A stretch of 64,000 nucleotides of DNA, taken from contig OZ024741.1 in assembly GCA_964016885.1 (NCBI GenBank), positions 52,824,001-52,888,000 on the forward strand, given 5' to 3'. The first letter of the stretch is position 1, and the number at the start of each line of letters is the position of its first letter. Shown here piece by piece: positions 41,220 through 59,500 of the stretch. The notes under the pieces are model-generated. The model ran no database searches, was not told the origin of the DNA, and was given only the letters and a program-made list of their open reading frames with translations. Position numbers and translations under genes: made by a program. This DNA comes from Eledone cirrhosa (taxonomy: Eukaryota).

Positions 41220-41519
41220 GTATGCATGCATATGTGTATATATATATGTATATATATATATATAATATCTATGAGCCCTAAATAAGTAACCATAATGGTA
41301 AATATATCTTACGTAAAATATATCTTACGCAAACTGGTATATAGCTTCTCAAAGAGCCCCGAGTTTCTCGGTGCAAGGTGATGTTATAGATATATCTATG
41401 AATAAATACACACACATATATATGGAGAGAGAGAGAAAGAAAGAGAGAAAGAGCGAGAGTGCGAGAGAGAGACTGTGAGAAAGAGGACGAGACCCAAATA
41501 ACAAAATAAACCTAAAAAC

Positions 41520-44500
41520 GGTCTCAACTCAACACAAACACAAGACAATAGGTCACAACTCAACACAAACACAACACAAAAGGTCACAAGTTAACACAAA
41601 CACAACACAATAGGTCACAACTCAACACAAACGCAACACAATAGGTCACAACTCAACACAAACACTACACAATAGGTTACAACACAACACAAACGCAATA
41701 CCATAGGTCTCAACTCAACACAAACACAACACAATAGGTCTCAACTCAACACAAACACAACACAATGGGTCTAAACTCAACACAAACACAACAGAATAGG
41801 TCACAACTCAACACAAACACAACACAATAGGTCACAACTCAACACAAACACAACACAATAGGTCACAACTCAACACAAACACAACACAATAGGTCACAAG
41901 TTAACACAAACACAACACAATAGGTCACAACTCAACACAAACGCAACACAATAGGTCACAACTCAAAACAAACACAACACAATAGGTCTCAACTCGACAC
42001 AAACACAACACAATAGGTCTCAACTCAACACAAACACAACACAATAGGTCTCAACTCGAAACAAACGCAACACAATAGGTATCAACTCAACTCAAACACA
42101 ACACAATAGGCACAACTCAACACAAACACAACACAATAGGTCACAACTCAACACAAACACAACAGAATTTGGTGACAACTCAACACAAACACAAGACAAT
42201 AGGTCTCAACTCAACACAAACACAACACAATAGTTCTGAACTCAACCCAAACACAACACGATAGTTCTCAACTCAACACAAACACAACAAAACACCAACA
42301 CAACACAATAGGTCTCAAGTCAACACAAGCACAAAAAACACAAACACGACACAATAGGTCATTACTCAACGCAAACATAACACAAACACAACACAATAGG
42401 TCTCAAATCAACACAAACACAACACAATAGGTCCCAACTCAATACAAACACAACACAATAGGTCTCAACTCAACACAAACACAACACAATAGCTCTCAAC
42501 TCGACACAAACACAACACAATAGGTCTCAACTCAACAGAATCACAACACAATAGGTCTCAACCCGACACAAACACAACACAATAGGTCTCAACTCAACAC
42601 AAACACAACACAATAGGTCTCAACTCGACACAAACACAACACAATAGGTATCAACTCAACGCAAACACAACACAATAGGTCTCAACTCAACACAAACACA
42701 ACACAATAGGTGTCAACTCGACACAAACACAACATAATAGGTCTCAACTCAACACAAACACACCACAATAGGTCACAACTCAACACAAACACAACACAAT
42801 AGAACACAACTCAATAAAAACACAACACAATAGGTCTCAACTCAACAGAAACACAACACAATAGGGCTCAACTCGACCGAAACACAACACAATAGGTCTC
42901 AACTCAACACAAACACAACACAATAGGCACAACTCAACACAAACACAACACAATAGGTCACAACTCAACACAAACACAACAGAATTTGGTGACAACTCAA
43001 CACAAACACAACACAATAGGTCTCAACTCAACACAAACACAACACAATAGGTCTGAACTCAACCCAAATACAACACGATAGTTCTCAACTCAACACAAAC
43101 ACAAAAAAACACCAACACAACACAATAGGTCTCAACTCAACACAAGCCCAAAAAACACAAACACGACACAATAGGTCATTACTCAACGCAAACAGAACAC
43201 AAACACAACACAATAGGTCTCAATCAACACAAACACAACACAATAGGTCCCAACTCAATACAAACACAACACAATAGGTCTCAACTCAACACAAACACAA
43301 CACAATAGCTCTCAACTAGACACAAAGACAACACAATAGGTCTCAAATCAACACAAACATAACACAACAGGTCACAACTCAACACAAACACAACAGAATT
43401 TGGTGACAACTCAACACAAACACAAAAAATAGGTCTCAGCTGAACACAAACACAACACAATAGAACACAACTCAATAAAAACACAACACAATAGGTCACA
43501 ACTCAACACAAACACAACATAATAGGTCTCAACTCGACACAAACACAACACAATAGGTCACAACTCAACACAAACACAAAAATAGGTCTCAACTGAACAC
43601 AAACACAACACAATAGAACACAACTCAATAAAAACACAACACAATAGGTCACAACTCAACACAAACACAACACAATAGGTCTCAACTCGACAAAAACACA
43701 ACACAATAGGTTTCAACTCAAAACAAACACAACACAATAGGTCTCAACTCAACACAAACACAACAGAACAGGTCTCAACTCAACACAAACACAATACAAT
43801 AGGTTTCAACTCAACACAAACAAAACACAATAGGTCACTCATCAACGCAAACACCACACAAACGCAACACAATAGGTCACAACTCAACACAAACACAACA
43901 CAATAGGTCACAACACAACACAAACATAATACAATAGGTCTCAACTCAACAGAAACACAACACAATAGGTCTCAACTCAACAAAAACACAACACAATGGG
44001 TCTAAACTCAACACGAACACAACAGAATAGGTCACAACTCAACACAAACACAACACAAAAGGTCACAACTTAACACAAACACAACACAATAGGTTTCAAC
44101 TCAAAACAAACACAACACAATAGGTACAACTCAACACAAACACAACACAATAGGTCACAATCTAACACGAACACAACACAATAGGTCACAACTCAACACA
44201 AACACAACACAATAGGTCTCAACTCAACACAAAAACAACACAATAGTTCTGTACTCAACCCAAACACAACACAATAGTTCTCAACTCAACACAAACACAA
44301 CAAAACACAAACACAACGCAATAGGTCTCAACTCAACACAAACACTACACAATAGGTCTCAGCTCAACACAAACACAACACAATTGGTTCCAACTCAACA
44401 CAAACACAACGCAATAGGTCTCAACTCAACACAAACACAACAAAACACCAACGCAACACAATAGGTCTCAACTCAACACAAGCACAAAAAACACAAACAC

Positions 44501-47500
44501 AACACAATAGGTCTCAACTCAACACAAACACAACACAATAGGTCACAACACAACAAATAATACAATACAATTGGTCTCAACTCAACACAAACCTCACACA
44601 ATAGGTCATTACTCAACACAAACACAACACAATAGATCCCAACTCAATACAAACACAACACAATAGGTCTCACCTCAACACAAACACAACACAATAGGTC
44701 TCAACTCAACACAAACACAACACAATAGCTCTCAACTCGACACATACACAACACAATAGGTCTCAACTCAACACAAACATAACACAATAGGTCATAACTC
44801 AACACAAACACACCACAATAGTTCTCAACTCGACACAAACACAACACAATAGTTCTCAACTCAACACAAACACACCACAATAGTTCTCAACTCAACACAA
44901 ACACAACGCAATAGGTGTCAACTCAACACAAACACAACACAATAGGTCTCAACTCAACACAAACAAAACAAAACACAAAAAAAACACAATGTGTCTCAAC
45001 TCAACACAAACACAACACAATAGGTCTCCACTAAACACAAGCACAACACAATAGGTCTCAACTCAAAACAAACACAACACAATAGGTCTCAACACAACAC
45101 AAACAGAACACAATAGGTCTCAACTCGACACAAACACAACACAATAGGTCTCAAATCAACACAAACACAACACGATAGGTCTCAACTCGACACAAACACA
45201 ACACAATAGGTATCAACTAAACGCAAACACAACACAATAGATCACAACTCAACACCAACACAACAAAACACAAAAAAACACAATAGGTCTCAACTCAACA
45301 CAAACACAACACAATAGGTCTCAACTAAACACAAGCACAACACAATAGGTCAAAACTCAACACAAATACAATACAATAGGTCTCAACTCAACACAAACAC
45401 AACACAATAGGTCTCAACTCAACACAAACACAACACAATAGGTCTCAACTCGACACAAACACAACACAATGGGTCTCAACTCAACACAAACACAACACAA
45501 TAGGTCTCAACTCGATACAAACACAACACAATAGGTCTCAACTCAACGCAAACACAACATAATAGGTCAAAACTCAACACAAACACAACACAATAGTTCT
45601 CAACTCGACACAAACACAACACAATAGGTCACGACTCAACACAAACGAAACACGATAGGTCTCAACTCAACACAAACACAACGCAATAGGTCACAACTCA
45701 ACACAAACACAACACAATAGGTCACAACTCAACACAAACACAACACTATAGGTCTCAACTCGACACAAACAGAACACAATAGGTTTCAACTCGAAACAAA
45801 CACAACACAATAGGCCTCAACTCAACACAAACACAACAGAATAGGTCTCAACTCAACACAACACAATACAATAGGTCTCAACTCAACACAAACACAACTC
45901 AATAGGTCACTACTCAACGCAAATACAACACAAACACAGCACAATAGGTCTCAAATCAACACAAAAACAACATAATAGGTCACAACTCAAAACAAACACA
46001 ACACAATAGCTCTCAACTCAACACAAACACAACAGAATAGTTCACAGCTCAACACAAACACAACACAATAGGCACAACTCAACACAAACACAACACAATA
46101 GGTCACAATCTAACACGAACACAACACAATAGGTCACAACTCAACACAAACACAACACAATAGGTCTCAACTCAACACAAAAACAACACAATAGTTCTGT
46201 ACTCAACCCAAACACAACACAATAGTTCTCAACTCAACACAAACACAACAAAACACAAACACAACGCAATAGGTCTCAACTCAACACAAACACTACACAA
46301 TAGGTCTCAGCTCAACACAAACACAACACAATTGGTTCCAACTCAACACAAACACAACGCAATAGGTCTCAACTCAACACAAACACAACAAAACACCAAC
46401 GCAACACAATAGGTCTCAACTCAACACAAGCACAAAAAAAACAAACACAACACAATAGGTCTCAACTCAACACAAACACAACACAATAGGTCACAACACA
46501 ACAAATAATACAATACAATTGGTCTCAACTCAACACAAACCTCACACAATAGGTCATTACTCAACACAAACACAACACAATAGATCCCAACTCAATACAA
46601 ACACAACACAATAGGTCTCAGCTCAACACAAACACAACACAATAGGTCTCAACTCAACACAAACACAACACAATAGCTCTCAACTCGACACATACACAAC
46701 ACAATAGGTCTCAACTCAACACAAACATAACACAATAGGTCATAACTCAACACAAACACACCACAATAGTTCTCAACTCGACACAAACACAACACAATAG
46801 TTCTCAACTCAACACAAACACACCACAATAGATCTCAACTCAACACAAACACAACGCAATAGGTGTCAACTCAACACAAACACAACACAATAGGTCTCAA
46901 CTCAACACAAACAAAACAAAACACAAAAAAAACACAATGTGTCTCAACTCAACACAAACACAACACAATAGGTCACAACTCAACACAAATACAATACAAT
47001 AGGTCTCAACTCAACACAAACACAACCAAATAGGTCTCAACTCAAAACAAACACAACACAATAGGTCTCAACTCAACACAAACAGAACACAATAGGTCTC
47101 AACTCGACACAAACACAACACAATAGGTCTCAACTCAACACAAACACAACACGATAGGTCTCAACTCAACACAAACACAACACAATAGGTATCAACTAAA
47201 CGCAAACACAACACAATAGGTCACAACTCAACACCAACACAACAAAACACAAAAAAACACAATAGGTCTCAACTCAACACAAACACAACACAATAGGTCT
47301 CAACTAAACACAAGCACAACACAATAGGTCACAACTCAACACAAATACAATACAATAGGTCTCAACTCAACACAAACACAACACAATAGGTCTCAACTCA
47401 ACACAAACACAACACAATAGGTCTCAACTCGACACAAACACAACACAATGGGTCTCAACTCAACACAAACACAACACAATAGGTCTCACCTCGATACAAA

Positions 47501-50500
47501 CACAACACAATAGGTCTCAACTCAACGCAAACACAACATAATAGGTCAAAACTCAACACAAACACAACACAATAGTTCTCAACTCGACACAAACACAACA
47601 CAATAGGTCACGACTCAACACAAACAAAACACGATAGGTCTCAACTCAACACAAACACAACGCAATAGGTCACAACTCAACACAAACACAACACAATAGG
47701 TCACAACTCAACACAAACACAACACTATAGGTCTCAACTCGACACAAACAGAACACAATAGGTTTCAACTCAAAACAAACACAACACAATAGGTCTCAAC
47801 TCAACACAAACACAACAGAATAGGTCTCAACTCAACACAACACAATACAATAGGTCTCAACTCAACACAAACACAACTCAATAGGTCACTACTCAACGCA
47901 AATACAACACAAACACAGCACAATAGGTCTCAAATCAACACAAACACAACACAATAGGTCACAACTCAAAACAAACACAACACAATAGCTCTCAACTCAA
48001 CACAAACACAACAGAATAGTTCACAGCTCAACACAAACACAACACAATAGGCACAACTCAACACAAACACAACACAATAGGTCACAATCTAACACGAACA
48101 CAACACAATAGGTCACAACTCAACACAAACACAACACAATAGGTCTCAACTCAACACAAAAACAACACAATAGTTCTCCACTGAACCCAAACACAACACA
48201 ATAGGTCTGAACTCAACCCAAATACAACACGATAGTTCTCAACTCAACACAAACACAAAAAAACACCAACACAACACAATAGGTCTCAACTCAACACAAG
48301 CCCAAAAAACACAAACACGACACAATAGGTCATTACTCAACGCAAACAGAACACAAACACAACACAATAGGTCTCAATCAACACAAACACAACACAATAG
48401 GTCCCAACTCAATACAAACACAACACAATAGGTCTCAACTCAACACAAACACAACACAATAGCTCTCAACTAGACACAAAGACAACACAATAGGTCTCAA
48501 ATCAACACAAACATAACACAACAGGTCACAACTCAACACAAACACAACAGAATTTGGTGACAACTCAACACAAACACAAAAAATAGGTCTCAGCTGAACA
48601 CAAACACAACACCATAGAACACAACTCAATAAAAACACAACACAATAGGTCACAACTCAACACAAACACAACATAATAGGTCTCAACTCGACACAAACAC
48701 AACACAATAGGTCACAACTCAACACAAACACAAAAATAGGTCTCAACTGAACACAAACACAACACAATAGAACACAACTCAATAAAAACACAACACAATA
48801 GGTCACAACTCAACACAAACACAACACAATAGGTCTCAACTCGACAAAAACACAACACAATAGGTTTCAACTCAAAACAAACACAACACAATAGGTCTCA
48901 ACTCAACACAAACACAACAGAACAGGTCTCAACTCAACACAAACACAATACAATAGGTTTCAACTCAACACAAACAAAACACAATAGGTCACTCATCAAC
49001 GCAAACACCACACAAACGCAACACAATAGGTCACAACTCAACACAAACACAACACAATAGGTCACAACACAACACAAACATAATACAATAGGTCTCAACT
49101 CAACAGAAACACAACACAATAGGTCTCAACTCAACAAAAACACAACACAATGGGTCTAAACTCAACACGAACACAACAGAATAGGTCACAACTCAACACA
49201 AACACAACACAAAAGGTCACAACTTAACACAAACACAACACAATAGGTTTCAACTCAAAACAAACACAACACAATAGGCACAACTCAACACAAACACAAC
49301 ACAATAGGTCACAATCTAACACGAACACAACACAATAGGTCACAACTCAACACAAACACAACACAATAGGTCTCAACTCAACACAAAAACAACACAATAG
49401 TTCTGTACTCAACCCAAACACAACACAATAGTTCTCAACTCAACACAAACACAACAAAACACAAACACAACGCAATAGGTCTCAACTCAACACAAACACT
49501 ACACAATAGGTCTCAGCTCAACACAAACACAACACAATTGGTTCCAACTCAACACAAACACAACGCAATAGGTCTCAACTCAACACAAACACAACAAAAC
49601 ACCAACGCAACACAATAGGTCTCAACTCAACACAAGCACAAAAAACACAAACACAACACAATAGGTCTCAACTCAACACAAACACAACACAATAGGTCAC
49701 AACACAACAAATAATACAATACAATTGGTCTCAACTCAACACAAACCTCACACAATAGGTCATTACTCAACACAAACACAACACAATAGATCCCAACTCA
49801 ATACAAACACAACACAATAGGTCTCACCTCAACACAAACACAACACAATAGGTCTCAACTCAACACAAACACAACACAATAGCTCTCAACTCGACACATA
49901 CACAACACAATAGGTCTCAACTCAACACAAACATAACACAATAGGTCATAACTCAACACAAACACACCACAATAGTTCTCAACTCGACACAAACACAACA
50001 CAATAGTTCTCAACTCAACACAAACACACCACAATAGTTCTCAACTCAACACAAACACAACGCAATAGGTGTCAACTCAACACAAACACAACACAATAGG
50101 TCTCAACTCAACACAAACAAAACAAAACACAAAAAAAACACAATGTGTCTCAACTCAACACAAACACAACACAATAGGTCTCCACTAAACACAAGCACAA
50201 CACAATAGGTCTCAACTCAAAACAAACACAACACAATAGGTCTCAACACAACACAAACAGAACACAATAGGTCTCAACTCGACACAAACACAACACAATA
50301 GGTCTCAAATCAACACAAACACAACACGATAGGTCTCAACTCGACACAAACACAACACAATAGGTATCAACTAAACGCAAACACAACACAATAGATCACA
50401 ACTCAACACCAACACAACAAAACACAAAAAAACACAATAGGTCTCAACTCAACACAAACACAACACAATAGGTCTCAACTAAACACAAGCACAACACAAT

Positions 50501-53500
50501 AGGTCAAAACTCAACACAAATACAATACAATAGGTCTCAACTCAACACAAACACAACACAATAGGTCTCAACTCAACACAAACACAACACAATAGGTCTC
50601 AACTCGACACAAACACAACACAATGGGTCTCAACTCAACACAAACACAACACAATAGGTCTCAACTCGATACAAACACAACACAATAGGTCTCAACTCAA
50701 CGCAAACACAACATAATAGGTCAAAACTCAACACAAACACAACACAATAGTTCTCAACTCGACACAAACACAACACAATAGGTCACGACTCAACACAAAC
50801 GAAACACGATAGGTCTCAACTCAACACAAACACAACGCAATAGGTCACAACTCAACACAAACACAACACAATAGGTCACAACTCAACACAAACACAACAC
50901 TATAGGTCTCAACTCGACACAAACAGAACACAATAGGTTTCAACTCGAAACAAACACAACACAATAGGCCTCAACTCAACACAAACACAACAGAATAGGT
51001 CTCAACTCAACACAACACAATACAATAGGTCTCAACTCAACACAAACACAACTCAATAGGTCACTACTCAACGCAAATACAACACAAACACAGCACAATA
51101 GGTCTCAAATCAACACAAAAACAACACAATAGGTCACAACTCAAAACAAACACAACACAATAGCTCTCAACTCAACACAAACACAACAGAATAGTTCACA
51201 GCTCAACACAAACACAACACAATAGGCACAACTCAACACAAACACAACACAATAGGTCACAATCTAACACGAACACAACACAATAGGTCACAACTCAACA
51301 CAAACACAACACAATAGGTCTCAACTCAACACAAAAACAACACAATAGTTCTGTACTCAACCCAAACACAACACAATAGTTCTCAACTCAACACAAACAC
51401 AACAAAACACAAACACAACGCAATAGGTCTCAACTCAACACAAACACTACACAATAGGTCTCAGCTCAACACAAACACAACACAATTGGTTCCAACTCAA
51501 CACAAACACAACGCAATAGGTCTCAACTCAACACAAACACAACAAAACACCAACGCAACACAATAGGTCTCAACTCAACACAAGCACAAAAAAAACAAAC
51601 ACAACACAATAGGTCTCAACTCAACACAAACACAACACAATAGGTCACAACACAACAAATAATACAATACAATTGGTCTCAACTCAACACAAACCTCACA
51701 CAATAGGTCATTACTCAACACAAACACAACACAATAGATCCCAACTCAATACAAACACAACACAATAGGTCTCAGCTCAACACAAACACAACACAATAGG
51801 TCTCAACTCAACACAAACACAACACAATAGCTCTCAACTCGACACATACACAACACAATAGGTCTCAACTCAACACAAACATAACACAATAGGTCATAAC
51901 TCAACACAAACACACCACAATAGTTCTCAACTCGACACAAACACAACACAATAGTTCTCAACTCAACACAAACACACCACAATAGATCTCAACTCAACAC
52001 AAACACAACGCAATAGGTGTCAACTCAACACAAACACAACACAATAGGTCTCAACTCAACACAAACAAAACAAAACACAAAAAAAACACAATGTGTCTCA
52101 ACTCAACACAAACACAACACAATAGGTCACAACTCAACACAAATACAATACAATAGGTCTCAACTCAACACAAACACAACCAAATAGGTCTCAACTCAAA
52201 ACAAACACAACACAATAGGTCTCAACTCAACACAAACAGAACACAATAGGTCTCAACTCGACACAAACACAACACAATAGGTCTCAACTCAACACAAACA
52301 CAACACGATAGGTCTCAACTCAACACAAACACAACACAATAGGTATCAACTAAACGCAAACACAACACAATAGGTCACAACTCAACACCAACACAACAAA
52401 ACACAAAAAAACACAATAGGTCTCAACTCAACACAAACACAACACAATGGGTCTCAACTAAACACAAGCACAACACAATAGGTCACAACTCAACACAAAT
52501 ACAATACAATAGGTCTCAACTCAACACAAACACAACACAATAGGTCTCAACTCAACACAAACACAACACAATAGGTCTCAACTCGACACAAACACAACAC
52601 AATGGGTCTCAACTCAACACAAACACAACACAATAGGTCTCACCTCGATACAAACACAACACAATAGGTCTCAACTCAACGCAAACACAACATAATAGGT
52701 CAAAACTCAACACAAACACAACACAATAGTTCTCAACTCGACACAAACACAACACAATAGGTCACGACTCAACACAAACAAAACACGATAGGTCTCAACT
52801 CAACACAAACACAACGCAATAGGTCACAACTCAACACAAACACAACACAATAGGTCACAACTCAACACAAACACAACACTATAGGTCTCAACTCGACACA
52901 AACAGAACACAATAGGTTTCAACTCAAAACAAACACAACACAATAGGTCTCAACTCAACACAAACACAACAGAATAGGTCTCAACTCAACACAACACAAT
53001 ACAATAGGTCTCAACTCAACACAAACACAACTCAATAGGTCACTACTCAACGCAAATACAACACAAACACAGCACAATAGGTCTCAAATCAACACAAACA
53101 CAACACAATAGGTCACAACTCAAAACAAACACAACACAATAGCTCTCAACTCAACACAAACACAACAGAATAGTTCACAGCTCAACACAAACACAACACA
53201 ATAGGCACAACTCAACACAAACACAACACAATAGGTCACAATCTAACACGAACACAACACAATAGGTCACAACTCAACACAAACACAACACAATAGGTCT
53301 CAACTCAACACAAAAACAACACAATAGTTCTCCACTGAACCCAAACACAACACAATAGTTCTCAACTCAACACAAACACAACAAAACACAAACACAACGC
53401 AATAGGTCTCAACTCAACACAAACACAACAAAACACCAACGCAACACAATAGGTCTCAACTCAACACAAGCACAAAAAACACAACCACAACACAATAGGT

Positions 53501-56500
53501 CTCAACTCAACAAAAACACAACACAATAGGTCTCAACTCAACACAAAAACAACACAATACGTCTCAACTCGAAACACAACACCATAGGTCTCAATTCAAC
53601 ACAAACACAACACAATAGGTCACAAATCAACACAAACACAACACAATAGGTCTCACCTCAACACAAACACAACACAATAGGTCTCAACTCAACACAAAAA
53701 CAACACAATAGTTCTGTACTCAACCCAAACACAACACAATAGTTCTCAACTCAACACAAACACAACAAAACACAAACACAACGCAATAGGTCTCAACTCA
53801 ACACAAACACTACACAATAGGTCTCAGCTCAACACAAACACAACACAATTGGTTCCAACTCAACACAAACACAACGCAATAGGTCTCAACTCAACACAAA
53901 CACAACAAAACACCAACGCAACACAATAGGTCTCAACACAACACAAGCACAAAAAACACAAACACAACACAATAGGTCACAACTCGACACAAACACAACA
54001 CAATAGGTCTCAACTCAACACAAAAACAACACAATACGTCTCAACTCTAAACACAACACCATAGGTCTCAATTCAACACAAACACAACACAATAGGTCAC
54101 AAATCAACACAAACACAACACAATAGGTCTCAACTCGACACAAACACAACACAATAGGTCTCACCTCAACACAAACACAACACAATAGGTTACAACTCAA
54201 CACAAACAGAACACAATAGGTCTCAACTCAAGACAATCATAACAAAATAGGTCACAACTCAACACAAACACAACACAATAGGTCTCAACTCAACACAAAC
54301 AAAACACAATAGGTCACTACTCAACGCAAACACCACACAAACGCAACGCAATAGGTCACAACTCAACACAAACACAACACTATAGATCACAACACAACAC
54401 AAACACAATACAATAGGTCTCAACTCAACAGAAACACAACACAATAGGTCTCAACTCATCAAAAACACAACACAATGGGTCTAAACTCAACACAAACACC
54501 ACAGAATAGGTCAGAACTCAACACAAACACAACACAAAAGGTCACAACTTAACACAAACACAACACAATAGGTCATAACTCGAGACAAACGCAACACAGT
54601 AGGTCACAACTCAACACAAACACAACACAATAGGTCTCAACTCAACACAAACATAACACAATAGGTCATAACTCAACACAAACACAACACAATAGGTCTC
54701 AACTCGACACAAACACAACACAATAGTTCTCAACTCAACACAAACACACCACAATAGTTCTCAACTCAACACAAACACAACACAATAGGTCTCAACTCAA
54801 CACAAACACAACACAATAGGTCTCAACTCAACACAAACAAAACAAAACACAAAAAAACACAATAGGTCTGAACTCAACACAAACACAACACAATAGGTCT
54901 CAACTAAACACAAGCACAACACAATAGGTCACAACTCAACACAAATACAACACAATAGGTCTCAACTCAACACAAACACAACACAATAGGTCTCAACTCA
55001 ACACAAACACAACACAATAGGTCTCAACTCGACACAAACACAACACAATAGGTCTCAACTCAACACAAACACAACACAATAGGTCACAACTCAACACAAA
55101 CACAACACAATAGGTCTCAACTCCACACAAAAACAACACAATAGAACACAACTCAACACAAACACAACACAATAGGTCACAACTCAACACAAACACAACA
55201 CAATAGGTATCAACTTAAAACAAACACAACACAATAGGTCTCAACTCAACACAAACACAACAGAACAGGTCTCAACTCAACACAAACACAATACAATAGG
55301 TCTCAACTCAACACAAACAAAACACAATAGGTCACTACTCAACGCAAACACCACACAAACGCAACGCAATAGGTCACAACTCAACACAAACACAACACTA
55401 TAGATCACAACACAACACAAACACAATACAATAGGTCTCAACTCATCAACAACACAACACAATGGGTCTAAACTCAACACAAACACCACAGAATAGGTCA
55501 CAACTCAACACAAACTCAACACAATAGGTCACAACTCAACACAAACACAACACAATAGGTCACAACATAACAAAAAATACAATACAATAGTCTCAACTCA
55601 ACACAAACACACCACAATAGTTCTCAATTCAACACAAACACAACACAATAGATCTCAACTCAACACAAACACAACACAATAGGTCTCAACTCAACACAAA
55701 CATAAGACAATAGGTCATAACTCAACACAAACACAACACAATAGGTCTCAAATCGATACAAACACAACACAATAGTTCTCAACTCAACACAAACACACCA
55801 CAATAGTTTTCAATTCAACACAAACACAACACAATAGTTCTCAATTCAACACAAACACAACACAATAGTTCTCAACTCAACACAAACACACCACAATAGT
55901 TCTCAATTCAACACAAACACAACACAATAGGTCATAACTCAACACAAACACAACACAATAGGTCTCAACTAACACAAGCACAACACAATAGGTCACAATT
56001 CAACACCAATACAATACAATAGGTCTCAACTCAACACAAACACAACACAATAGGTCTCAACTCAACTCAAACACAACACAATAGGTCTCAACTCGACACA
56101 AACACAACACAATAGGTCTCAACTCAACACAAACACAACACAATAGGTCTCAACTCGATACAAACACAACACAATAGGTCTCAACTCAACGCAAACACAA
56201 CACAATAGGTCAAAACTCAACACAAACACAACACAATAGTTCTCAACTCGACACAAACACAACACAATAGGTCTCAACTCAACACAAACAAAACACGATA
56301 GGTCTCAACTCAACACAAACACAACACAATAGGTCACAACTCAACACAAACACAACACAATAGGTCACAACTCAACACAAACACAACACAATAGGTCTCA
56401 ACTCGACACAAACAGAACACAATAGGTTTCAACTCAAAACACACACAACACAATAGGTCTCAACTCAACACAAACCCAACAGAATAGGTCTCAACTCAAC

Positions 56501-59500
56501 ACAACACAATACAATAGGTCTCAACTCAACACAAACACAACTCAATAGGTCACTACTCAACGCAAATACAACACAAACACAGCACAATATGTCTCAAATC
56601 AACACAAACACAACACAATAGGTCACAACTCAAAAGAAACACAACACAATAATTCTCAACTCAACACAAACACAACAGAATAGTTCACAATCTAACACGA
56701 ACACGACACAATAGGTCACAACTCAACACAAACACAACAGAATTTGGTGACAACTCAACACAAACACAACACAATAGGTCTCAACTCAACACAAAAACAA
56801 CACAATAGTTCTATACTCAACCCAAACACAACACAATAGGTCTCAACTCAACACAAACACAACGCAATAGGTCTCAGCTTAACACAAACACAATAAAAAA
56901 CACCAACGCAACACAATAGGTCTCAACTCAACACAAGCACGAAAAAACAAACAACAACACAATAGGTCACAACTCGACACAAACACAACACAATATGTCT
57001 CAACTCAACACAAACACAACACAATAGGTCACAATCTAACACAAACACAACACAATAGGTCACAACTTAACACAAACACAACAGAATTTGGTGACAACTC
57101 AACACAAACACAACACAATAGGTCTCAACTCAACACAAACAGAACACAATAGTTCTGAACTCAACCCAAACACAACACAATAGGTCTCAACTCAAAACAT
57201 GCACAAAAAACACAAACACAACACAATAGGTCATTACTCAAGGCAAACACAACACAAGCACAACACAATAGGTCTCAAATCAACACAAACACAACACAAT
57301 AGGTCCCAACTCAATACAAACACAACACAATAGGCCTCAACTCAACACAAACACAACACAATAGCTCTCAACTCGACACAAAGACAACACAATAGGTCTC
57401 AACTCGACACAAACACAACACAATAGGTCTCAACTCAACACAAACACAACACAATAGGTCACAACTCAACACAAACACAACACAATAGGTCTCAACTCGA
57501 CACAAACACAACACAATAGGTCTCAACTCAACACAAACACAACACAATAGGTCACAACTCAACACAAACACAACACAATAGTTTTCAACTCAAAACAAAC
57601 ACATCACAATAGGTCTCAACTCAACACAAACACAACACAATAGGTCTCAACTCGACACAAACACAACGCAATAGGTCTCAACTCAACACAAACACAACAC
57701 AATAGGTCACAACTCAACACAAACACAACACAATAGTTTTCAACTCAAAACAAACACAACACTATAGGTCTCAACTCAACACAAACAAAACAGAACAGGT
57801 CTCAACTCAACACAAACACAATACAATAGGTCTCAACTCATCAAAAACACAACACAATAGGTCATAACTCAAGACAAACGCAACACAATAGGTCACAACT
57901 CAACACAAACGCAACACAATAGGTCACAACACAACAAAAAATACAATACAGTAGGTCTCAACTCAACACAAACACCACACAATAGGTCATTACTCAACAC
58001 AAACACAACACAAACACAACACAATAGGTCTCAAATCAACACAAACACAACACAATAGATCCCAACTCAATACAAACACAACACAATAGGTCTCACCTCA
58101 ACACAAACACAACACACTAGGTCTCAACTCAACACAAACACAACACAATAGCTCTCAACTCGACACATACTCAACACAATAGGTCTCAACTCAACACAAA
58201 CATAACACAATAGGTCTCAACTCAACACAAACACAACACAATAGGTCTCAACTCAACACAAACAAAACAAAAAACAAAAAAACACAATAGGTCTCAACTC
58301 AACACAAACACAACACAATAGGTCTCAACTAAACACAAGCACAACACAATAGGTCACAACTCAACACAAATACAATACAATAGGTCTCAACTCAACACAA
58401 ACACAACACGATAGGTCTCAACTCAACACAAACACAACACAATAGGTCTCAACTCGACACAAACACAACACAATTGGTCTCAACTCAACACAAACACAAC
58501 ACAATAGGTCTCAACTCGATACAAACACAACACAATAGGTCTCAACTCAACGCAAACACAACATAATAGGTCAAAACTCAACACAAACACAACACAATAG
58601 TTCTCAACTCGACACAAACACAACACAATAGGTCTCAACTCAAAACAAACACAACACAATAGGTCACGACTCAACACAAACAAAACACGATAGGTCTCAA
58701 CTCAACACAAACACAACACAATAGGTCACAACTCAACACAAACACAACACAATAGGTTACAACTCAACACAAACACAACACAATAGGTCTCAACTCAACA
58801 CAAACACAACAGAATAGGTCTCAACTCAACACAACACAATACAATAGGTCTGAACTCAACACAAACACAACTCAATAGGTCACTACTCAACGCAAATACA
58901 ACACAAAAACAGCACAATAGGTCTCAAATCAACACAAAAACACCACAATGGTTCTCAATTCAACACAAACACAACACAATAGGTTTCAACTCAACACAAA
59001 CACAACACAATAGGTCTCAACTCAACACAAACAAAACAAAACACAAAAAACACAATAAGTCATAACTCAACACAAACACAACACAATAGGTCTCAACTCG
59101 ACACAAACACAACACAATAGTTCTCAACTCAACACAAACACACCATAATAGTTCTCAATTCAACACAAACACAACACAATAGTTCTCAATTCAACACAAA
59201 CACAACACAATAGTTCTCAACTCAACACAAACACACCACAATAGTTCTCAATTCAACACAAACACAACACAATAGGTCATAACTCAACACAAACACAACA
59301 CAATAGGTCTCAACTAAACACAAGCACAACACAATAGGTCACAATTCAACACAAATACAATACAATAGGTCTCAACTCAACACAAACACAACACAATAGG
59401 TCTCAACTCAACACAATAGGTCTCAACTCGACACAAACACAACACAATAGGTCTCAACTCAAAACAAACACAACACAATAGGTCTCAACTCCATACAAAC